Of a DNA stretch of 64,000 nucleotides, positions 56,763-64,000 are shown piece by piece. Under the pieces are notes generated by a model. The model was not told where the DNA came from, made no database searches, and saw only the letters and a list, made by a program, of their open reading frames with translations. A program made the position numbers and the translations under genes. The first letter of the stretch is position 1, and every line of letters starts with the position of its first letter. The stretch spans positions 1 through 64,000 of the IMG/VR virus record IMGVR_UViG_3300024344_002032; one strand, written 5' to 3'. The DNA is from a virus.

Positions 56763-58017
56763 TATTGTCTCCTATACGTATTACTTTACATCCCTCTTTA
56801 TCTGGAATGTATCTCCATGGATCAATAATTATCGACTCATCATCAAAAGGGAAGTTTACAAAGTCCTCATGCTTAGTTCCGATAAAATAACATTGAGGAA
56901 GTCCATCATACTCTGACATATCTTGCCAATCACCAAAAGGTTCATCTATATAAGGATCATACATAGTTGCAGACAAACCTCTTTCTTTTAAAATATTAGA
57001 TAATAATATTGACGGGCTTCCTGTAGTAATATTAGTTTGTGGTTTAAATGATTTACCAAGTATTGTTATAGGTAATCCATTTGATTCCTTTTCAATCATA
57101 TCAGCTAACCACTCTGTCTGAACTTCTCTCTGTTTCATTATATTATCAAACCAATTAAACCTCAATCCAAGTTCATCACTCAACCAACTCAATGCTATGT
57201 TATCTCTTGGATGACAACCACCACCATCTCCCATACCACCACTTAGATACTTGTCTGAGATAATACGTTTGTTACACATCTTTAGTGCATTCATTACTTC
57301 ATCTACATTTGTATTTGGTAGATGATGACACATCTCCATAAGTGTATTTACATATGCTATCTTAGTTCCTATAAAAGTATTATAAGCAACCTTAATTAAT
57401 TCTGCGTTCTCAATAGTTGTTTCGTAGAATGGTGCATGATTAATTGTTCTGTAAAACTTCTTTGCTTTTTTTGCAGCTTCTTCATCATCTACACCAAACA
57501 AAATAATCTCTGGTCTAAGAAAGTCTTCCATTGTAGTTCCCATAGCAATAAAGAATGGATTATAACATAGTTTAGTATACTCACTTAATAAAGGTTTTAT
57601 ATCTCTTCGTATTGTGCCAGGAAGAACTGTAGATATAACAATTACAGTCATTTCTTTTTTCTGTTGAAACAACTCATAGTCAAGTTCAGTTAAACCATCA
57701 ATCAAATAACTATAATCAAAATCTTCTCTTTCATCAGGTATTCTTGTTGTTCCCTCAAACTTCTCACCATGTGGTGTCTGTATAGGAACAAATATAATAT
57801 CTGAATGTTCTACTAATTCTTTTACACTCTTGATTTCTATATTACTTTTATCTAAATAATCTTGAGCCCATATTTCTTTATATGGAAGTTTCTTAGTGTC
57901 AAGTATTTTCTTAACACTTGGTGAAGGATCGTAACCTATAACTTTATGACCTCTTATTTCTACTGCTAAAGCACAAGGTAATCCTAATTTTCCTAAACCC
58001 ATAAATCCTACGTTCAT
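56758..58017 (-). CDS. UDP-glucose/GDP-mannose dehydrogenase family
   Basis: GLGKLG, STVLPG, AELIK and GDGGGCHPRD. Confidence 0.92.
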   Translation of the reverse strand: MNVGFMGLGKLGLPCALAVEIRGHKVIGYDPSPSVKKILDTKKLPYKEIWAQDYLDKSNIEIKSVKELVEHSDIIFVPIQTPHGEKFEGTTRIPDEREDFDYSYLIDGLTELDYELFQQKKEMTVIVISTVLPGTIRRDIKPLLSEYTKLCYNPFFIAMGTTMEDFLRPEIILFGVDDEEAAKKAKKFYRTINHAPFYETTIENAELIKVAYNTFIGTKIAYVNTLMEMCHHLPNTNVDEVMNALKMCNKRIISDKYLSGGMGDGGGCHPRDNIALSWLSDELGLRFNWFDNIMKQREVQTEWLADMIEKESNGLPITILGKSFKPQTNITTGSPSILLSNILKERGLSATMYDPYIDEPFGDWQDMSEYDGLPQCYFIGTKHEDFVNFPFDDESIIIDPWRYIPDKEGCKVIRIGDNN

Positions 58018-59117
58018 TTTGATATCTCCGTTAAATCTTTTATAAATTCTCTTTCAAAAATTAAGTCAAAATCTAAAAAATTATTTTTATTATGTATTAA
58101 TTTATCTTCTACACTTTTATATAATTCAGATAAATATTCATTACTCATATTACACAATCTTTTAATTTCTTTTTGTACAAATCTAAATCTTACATCATTA
58201 TCTTCTATCTCATCATATGATTCATCAAACCATTCTGGAAAAGTTTCGAATCCATATTTTTTTAATAATTTTAAATAACCAATACCCACATCACTAAATA
58301 CTATAAATGGATGATAATAAAACAATGGTTTATTTATTTTCTCTGAAAGCATCGTTCCACTATTAGTTTCAGCAACTATAGAAAAATAACAATCTTGATG
58401 ATACTCCACTAAATTATCAGTTAAAAGATTTGACTCACCATTTAAAATTCTTTTTTTATCATCTTTGTGAGACCAGCTATTTGGTAAAATAACATCTTTA
58501 TCTAAATAAGAAATGTGTCCTTGTTCTTTTACAAAATTATTCTCTTGATAAAAATTCCACATTTCATCTCTCGATGTAGTCTTTCTACCCATCAAACATA
58601 TAAATTTTTTACTAAGTTCTTCATTTTCTCTTACATATGTATCTGTACATTCATGTGTGTGTAATTCTCTATTAGCGCATGTACATTCTTTACTTGACCA
58701 CCCTTTTTTAGGTCCTCTCATAGTTAACATTCTAAGTAGATAAGATTGAAAATATATTACATTTATTTTTTCTTTAATACCCATTGTTTTACACCAATCA
58801 GAATAATGTTTTTCAACATGATAATCATTAGTAATAAATAAAATATCTTGTGGTGGTATCTTCGCTTCTTTAAGAACTTTATGTAAATTTATATGTAATT
58901 TACAATCCATCCAATGTGCTTCTGTATCTTCGATTATTACAACGAATCTTTTATTTTGTTCTTTCATCTCTTTATATTTTTCAATAAATAAATCAACATA
59001 TAAGCTATCAGCAATATCTAGTTCAAATCTATTTTTATCTGGATACACAACACAATTATCAAGTAAATATTTCCAAGAATTTGAAGTCATTGATTTTCCA
59101 TAATCTTCAAACATCAT
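58014..59117 (-). CDS. Putative glycosyltransferase-like protein (paralog 1)
   Basis: FSIVAET...LSEKINKPL...HPFI...GFETFPEWFDESYD. Confidence 0.55.
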   Translation of the reverse strand: MMFEDYGKSMTSNSWKYLLDNCVVYPDKNRFELDIADSLYVDLFIEKYKEMKEQNKRFVVIIEDTEAHWMDCKLHINLHKVLKEAKIPPQDILFITNDYHVEKHYSDWCKTMGIKEKINVIYFQSYLLRMLTMRGPKKGWSSKECTCANRELHTHECTDTYVRENEELSKKFICLMGRKTTSRDEMWNFYQENNFVKEQGHISYLDKDVILPNSWSHKDDKKRILNGESNLLTDNLVEYHQDCYFSIVAETNSGTMLSEKINKPLFYYHPFIVFSDVGIGYLKLLKKYGFETFPEWFDESYDEIEDNDVRFRFVQKEIKRLCNMSNEYLSELYKSVEDKLIHNKNNFLDFDLIFEREFIKDLTEISK

Positions 59118-60174
59118 AAATCCTTTTAATTTTATCTGTAAATTGTTTTATTATTTCCTCACAGCTGAATAATACCTTTTGATTGTGAATACATTTTTCT
59201 TCAACCGATTCACAAATCTTGTGAAGTTCCTCTTGATTCATAGTACCAACTCTTAGTATTTCCTTTTTAATAAAAGCATCTCTTTTATCCATATCTTCTA
59301 TCTCATCGTAAGACTCATCAAATAATTCTGGAAATGTTTCAAACCCATAATCTCTTAATTGTTTTAATGCACCAACAGAACACATCATAATAAATGGGTG
59401 TCCATGAGCTAATACCTTTGTTGTTTTTTCTGTTAAAAATAATGAATTAGGTGCAACAGTCCATTTGTTAGATTCTGGTATAAATGAAAAATAGGAACGA
59501 TTAAAATAATATCCTAAATTATCTGTTTTTGCTGTAGAATTTCTTTGAGTAATATTTTTTATTATTCCACTATCTTCTAATACTATTGGATCCTTCCATT
59601 CATTGTTTCCAATATAACTAATATAATTACTATCCCATAAATTATTATCATTAAAAAATTTCTGTAAAGAGTTTCTATGTCGTGAATAGATTCCCATAAG
59701 ACACATAAAATTTCTGTTAGGGTGTATAGGTCTATCTTTATATTTTATTATTTCATGAATATTAGTTAATTTATATTCAAGTGCTCTATGTTGAAATAAA
59801 CTTGGATGTCCTATTACATTCATTTTATATTTTATATTTTTTTGTTCACACCATTTATTATATAATGTTTCAAAGTTACAATCTTCCGTCATCAAAATAA
59901 CTTTTTTTGCATTTATATTTTCTAATAAAAAATTATGTAATTTTGTAAATGAATCTTCACCACTACGATTAAAAATATCACACTCCCAATATTCATTTAA
60001 ATCTATTAATATAAATGATTTATCCAAACTATCCATTTTATTAATAGCTTCAAGTAATTCTTTTTCTTTTACTGGATTATCTTCTAATTCATAATTAAAA
60101 GGTCTTTCATCAAAAATAAAAATTTTATCAGTAATCAGTTTTTGTATATTAGAATTAAAATTATCCAAGTACAT
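59107..60174 (-). CDS. Putative glycosyltransferase-like protein (paralog 2)
   Basis: FSFIPES...LTEKTTK...HPFI...GFETFPELFDESYD. Confidence 0.55.
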   Translation of the reverse strand: MYLDNFNSNIQKLITDKIFIFDERPFNYELEDNPVKEKELLEAINKMDSLDKSFILIDLNEYWECDIFNRSGEDSFTKLHNFLLENINAKKVILMTEDCNFETLYNKWCEQKNIKYKMNVIGHPSLFQHRALEYKLTNIHEIIKYKDRPIHPNRNFMCLMGIYSRHRNSLQKFFNDNNLWDSNYISYIGNNEWKDPIVLEDSGIIKNITQRNSTAKTDNLGYYFNRSYFSFIPESNKWTVAPNSLFLTEKTTKVLAHGHPFIMMCSVGALKQLRDYGFETFPELFDESYDEIEDMDKRDAFIKKEILRVGTMNQEELHKICESVEEKCIHNQKVLFSCEEIIKQFTDKIKRIYDV

Positions 60175-60997
60175 ATTTTTTACCTTTTAAATCTTTACCT
60201 ATCATCTCTATAATGTATTTAGAAAATTTACTCAATCGAAAACCTTTTTTAAAACAAAATGATCCTACATTCAAATTAAATTGTTTATAATAAAATTTAC
60301 ACAACTCTTCACCTAACGATTTAGTAAATTGATATTCATCTACATATATATCATCCTTTGGCATACAACTAATATAAAATATCTGAGCATATTTGGAATT
60401 TTCCCATTTATGTCCTATAAATTCTGTAATTCTTTCGTTATTTCTCCTATCTATATCTTCTTTATGTTGACCATGAATAGCAAATTCAAGCATATTTTTA
60501 GTACTAATAACATTAGCATCAAGTGAATCCATAGGAAACGAAATACCAGTATGTTGATATTCTTTAAAATGATCAACATTTTTAGCTACATCAAGTACAT
60601 GAGTTAATCCTGCACAATGAATTATTATATCTGGATTTCCAATTTGATAACCATTTGTATGATAGTTTTCTGGCTGACCAAGATCACAATCTAATAAATT
60701 ATCAAAAACTCTACCAGTTCTTCGTCTTACTTTCATACTACCATCTTTATCTTTATGATCTGGTCTTCTGTATGGTTTGGCTATATCACAAACTAAATAC
60801 CTAACACCTAACATTTTTTTTGAATCATCTATTTTTTTACTAGTAGAATAATTGTCAAGAGAAATAATGTTAAGTTTAACATCTTTCTTTCCATCATATT
60901 CATAGTCTGCTTGAAAATTGAGTAATTCTCTAATCACACTTCTCCCAATAACACCTCCTCCGCCAGTTACTAATACTCTTAAAGAACTATCCTTCAT
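60161..60997 (-). CDS. Divergent NAD-dependent epimerase/dehydratase
   Basis: TGGGGVIG, IIHCAG and YQFTK; has insertions and a short C-terminus. Confidence 0.7.
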   Translation of the reverse strand: MKDSSLRVLVTGGGGVIGRSVIRELLNFQADYEYDGKKDVKLNIISLDNYSTSKKIDDSKKMLGVRYLVCDIAKPYRRPDHKDKDGSMKVRRRTGRVFDNLLDCDLGQPENYHTNGYQIGNPDIIIHCAGLTHVLDVAKNVDHFKEYQHTGISFPMDSLDANVISTKNMLEFAIHGQHKEDIDRRNNERITEFIGHKWENSKYAQIFYISCMPKDDIYVDEYQFTKSLGEELCKFYYKQFNLNVGSFCFKKGFRLSKFSKYIIEMIGKDLKGKKYVLG

Positions 60998-61913
60998 TTG
61001 AATACCACTCTATAGTTTCTGTAATTCCATCTTCTAGTGTATAGTTTGGTTTAAACCCAACCGACTCTGCTCTACTTGTATCCATTTGTCGTCTCATATC
61101 ACCATTTGGTTTTGTTGTATCATAATCTATTTCTTGTTCAAAATAATTTGCGATTATCTCTGCAATATCTGAAATTCTTACCTCTTTACCACTACCAAGA
61201 TTTACTGGTACATTTATTTTATTTTCAACCATGTGTAACATACCACGAGCTACATCTTTAGAATAAATAAAATCTCTTATAGGTGAACCATCACCCCATA
61301 CCTCTAATATATCATTGTTGTCGTGATATGCTTTTTTAATTAATGAAGCTATAACAGTAGATTCATCTCCAAAATTATCGTGAGGTCCATATATGTTAGC
61401 AGGTCTAACTATAGATATATTATCATATCCATATGTAGCTCTAATAGCATAACAACTTAACTCACCCATCCGTTTTATATAAGCTGGAACTTTATCATTC
61501 TCACTTGGAACTTTATTCCATACATCATCTTCTTTATAATATTCACTTGGTGGATAAACTCCGATTGAACTTGTGTATAAAAACCAATCTGGTTTCCATT
61601 GTCCAACTGCCTGTATAACATTAGTATCAAACTGTACCATTGGTAAATAATCTGCAGGTTTTTCTTTTGCTCTAAGTGGTGAACCTTTAATTCCTGCTAA
61701 ATGATAAACATGATCATAATCTGCAATTATACTTGTATTGGTTTTAAATGTCATATCACAAGGTTCATAATCAACATTATCTGGCAAATCTTGTGGTATC
61801 TTAAAACCAACATCTGCAACACAAACCTCATCGTAAACCTTAGAACACAACTCTGTAAGTTGTCTTCCAACCATTCCTCTTCCACCTATTATGAGTGCAG
61901 TTTTATTTATCAT
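60987..61913 (-). CDS. NDP-sugar epimerase/reductase (GDP-fucose synthase-like)
   Basis: GGRGMVG, RPANIYGPHDNF and VWGDGSPIRDFIY. Confidence 0.88.
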   Translation of the reverse strand: MINKTALIIGGRGMVGRQLTELCSKVYDEVCVADVGFKIPQDLPDNVDYEPCDMTFKTNTSIIADYDHVYHLAGIKGSPLRAKEKPADYLPMVQFDTNVIQAVGQWKPDWFLYTSSIGVYPPSEYYKEDDVWNKVPSENDKVPAYIKRMGELSCYAIRATYGYDNISIVRPANIYGPHDNFGDESTVIASLIKKAYHDNNDILEVWGDGSPIRDFIYSKDVARGMLHMVENKINVPVNLGSGKEVRISDIAEIIANYFEQEIDYDTTKPNGDMRRQMDTSRAESVGFKPNYTLEDGITETIEWYSNEG

Positions 61914-62433
61914 TATAATAGTCTCCATACTCTATCAATAAAGTTGACCTATCAGCATTATATGCATTTTCAAATTCTCTAAATATATCATCTGGCTCTT
62001 CTAATAACACTACGTCTACTTCATGTAACATTGATTTAAAACTCATAGTATAATCTTGTGTATGTTGAACACCACCATTAAGTGGATTCTTAGAACCAAT
62101 TGAAGTTCTCATAATAACTTTAGGTTTAAATGTACCCTCTGTCATATGTTGCATTTTATCTAAGTGGTTTACCAAACTATCCATACACCTTAACATAAAA
62201 TCAAATCGTGGAAAACAACAAATAGGAACTAAACCATTCATAGCCATTCCTGTACACATACCCATTTGAACTTCTTCAAATACTGGTACTTCAATCCTTT
62301 TATCAATATCTATTGTTTTTAAAGTATTGTATATTGCATTACCACTATAAGCAACTGATTGTCCGATAAAAGTTGTATCTTCTTTTTTAGCCAACCACTC
62401 CATACTTCTTATTAGTTCATCTTTATACTTCAT
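61903..62433 (-). CDS. ThDP-dependent E1 beta/transketolase pyrimidine-binding subunit
   Basis: FIGQSV, PVFEEVQMG and GVQHTQD; lacks the C-terminal domain. Confidence 0.85.
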   Translation of the reverse strand: MKYKDELIRSMEWLAKKEDTTFIGQSVAYSGNAIYNTLKTIDIDKRIEVPVFEEVQMGMCTGMAMNGLVPICCFPRFDFMLRCMDSLVNHLDKMQHMTEGTFKPKVIMRTSIGSKNPLNGGVQHTQDYTMSFKSMLHEVDVVLLEEPDDIFREFENAYNADRSTLLIEYGDYYNDK

Positions 62434-63017
62434 TAGAATAACACCCAATTTCCTGTTCCATGATGTGGGTAATCACTTTTATATTCATAGTGATATACAT
62501 CTGCTGGTACTGTTTGCTTTCCACCCCAAGTTTCATCAACTGGAGTATTAGTGGAAAGATTATTATCTTCAATTACAAACTCTAAAGGTAAGTTAAAGTT
62601 TCTGGCATATTTATATGTCTCATAAAACAATCCTGTTTCAAAAGTCATATCACCCACAAAACACCAAACCTTATTCTCCTCACCTTTCATTTTAATTGAC
62701 ATAGCAGTTCCAAGAGCTATCGGTAATATTCCACCAACAATAGATGATGAATAGAATTTTGGTTTATCTGAATATACACTCATACTCTTACCACGAACAA
62801 TCATATCCATAAGTGTATCTCTTGGAATACCATGCAGTAATGCATGATAATGATTTCTCCAACTACAAAATACCCAATCATCTTTATCAATGTTTTTAAA
62901 TATTTCAATTAATGGTTCTTCATTATTAGAACTTAAATGAACTGGTGCTTTAATCTCACCAGCTTCATATCTCTCTTTAACTTCTGTTTCAAAGTCTATT
63001 AAATATTGTTTATCCAT
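62433..63017 (-). CDS. ThDP-dependent E1 alpha-like subunit
   Basis: PVHLS, WRNHYHAL, SIVGG and GDM...EDNN (ThDP motif). Confidence 0.88.
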   Translation of the reverse strand: MDKQYLIDFETEVKERYEAGEIKAPVHLSSNNEEPLIEIFKNIDKDDWVFCSWRNHYHALLHGIPRDTLMDMIVRGKSMSVYSDKPKFYSSSIVGGILPIALGTAMSIKMKGEENKVWCFVGDMTFETGLFYETYKYARNFNLPLEFVIEDNNLSTNTPVDETWGGKQTVPADVYHYEYKSDYPHHGTGNWVLF

Positions 63018-63886
63018 TTTGACACTACCTCTTTTGCAAATTTGTTATGTGCTATATTAGATGGATGTTCATCTACTGCTGATCCATCTCTATTTTTTCT
63101 ATCTCCTGTAATATATCTTTCTTCAAATGGTAGATTATCTACACTCCATTCTGTTATACCACCTAATTTTTTGTGAAACCAAAAATTATCCCAATCTATC
63201 ATTTTCCACAGGTGTCTTATTTCGATAGGATATCTTGGTATCTTTGGTAATTGATAAAATATATTCCAACCACCAAACATTTTGTATTTAATATCTTTAG
63301 ATTTAAAATACCATTGTAGTCTTAAAATATGTTCTAAAGTTTTTGTTACAGAAAATACTTCATTACTATAATATTTGTAATGATACTTTGACATCGATTC
63401 TTTAGCATAACTATGCTTTAACCACATCATATTTTTATTAATTCTTGTAACTGCTTCCCAATTTATATTACCCTCACCCGTACCTCCGCCATCTAATGCT
63501 GGTATAAAGTGTGTAAGTAAATTTTTATCTGTTTTACTACTAGCGTCAATTATATCTACTAAAAATTCTTCTCTTTCAGGTGCAGTTAATTGAACACAAA
63601 CATAATCAACTTTTAAATTTAATTCTAATAATTGTTCTACTTTATAAATTACTGCTCTTGATATGTAACCATTACCTGCTCCTGGTAAAGCAGTATTATA
63701 TACTTTAGATTTTGGAATGATATCTTCTAAATGTAATGCCCAACTTTTATAACCACTCTCAGGTTGATAATCATCAAGATTATCCTGCATACCATGAGAA
63801 GCATAATCTATACAATTTCTTGTTTCAGTAAAACTACATCCAGCTGTAACTATATTTTTCTTAACTCCTTTATATCTGATACTCAT
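62999..63886 (-). CDS. SGNH-like hydrolase/acyltransferase
   Basis: AGCSFTE, NTALPGAGN and DEHPS. Confidence 0.65.
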   Translation of the reverse strand: MSIRYKGVKKNIVTAGCSFTETRNCIDYASHGMQDNLDDYQPESGYKSWALHLEDIIPKSKVYNTALPGAGNGYISRAVIYKVEQLLELNLKVDYVCVQLTAPEREEFLVDIIDASSKTDKNLLTHFIPALDGGGTGEGNINWEAVTRINKNMMWLKHSYAKESMSKYHYKYYSNEVFSVTKTLEHILRLQWYFKSKDIKYKMFGGWNIFYQLPKIPRYPIEIRHLWKMIDWDNFWFHKKLGGITEWSVDNLPFEERYITGDRKNRDGSAVDEHPSNIAHNKFAKEVVSKWINNI

Positions 63887-63999
63887 CTATCTCTCGCACT
63901 CAATATTGGTTTAACTCCAGTAGGCCAATCAATACCCAATCTAACATCATTCCATTTCAATGTCTCTTGTCCATCAATATCAACATAATCTTCTGGATA
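63883..63999 (-). CDS. rmlC: C-terminus of dTDP-4-dehydrorhamnose 3,5-epimerase (5' end outside the window)
   Basis: Translated by hand: YPEDYVDIDGQETLKWNDVRLGIDWPTGVKPILSARDR*. Confidence 0.8.
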   Translation of the reverse strand, partial: YPEDYVDIDGQETLKWNDVRLGIDWPTGVKPILSARDR

Positions 64000-64000
64000 A

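Overview
This window is a 64-kb piece of a large, AT-rich, T4-like (Far-T4/jumbo-type) myophage genome. Every credible gene lies on the minus strand and uses the standard code. Reading in the direction of transcription (right to left), it has four parts. (1) About 42-64 kb is a tightly coupled ~23-gene NDP-sugar and tailoring locus: RmlC, a ThDP E1 alpha/beta pair, four SDR epimerases, NDP-sugar dehydrogenase, three radical SAM enzymes, three Fe(II) oxygenases, a DegT aminotransferase, a fucosyltransferase-like protein, an amidinotransferase and a carbamoyltransferase. (2) About 36-42 kb holds a P-loop kinase, a GH108 muramidase and a 1106-aa nucleotidyltransferase/membrane/KxDG fusion protein. 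(3) About 22-36 kb is the head module: terminase, portal, protease, a gp68-like protein, many probable internal proteins, ribosomal protein bS21, scaffold and major capsid protein. (4) 0-22 kb holds the neck, tail completion protein, repeat-rich tail fibres, sheath and tube. The most notable observations are a shared N-terminal MIKLKD(I/L)(I/L)xE tag resembling a capsid-targeting sequence, which also marks an enzyme; a virion-wide S/T-G/A-S motif next to an unusual glycan-tailoring cluster; two structured RNA candidates; and a recurring ATATTTAT(A/T) upstream motif. Three tandem duplications (137, 31 and 37 bp) frameshift structural genes and are probably assembly artefacts. I saw no tRNA, CRISPR array, integrase or reverse transcriptase. 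All family calls come from motif recognition, not database searches.
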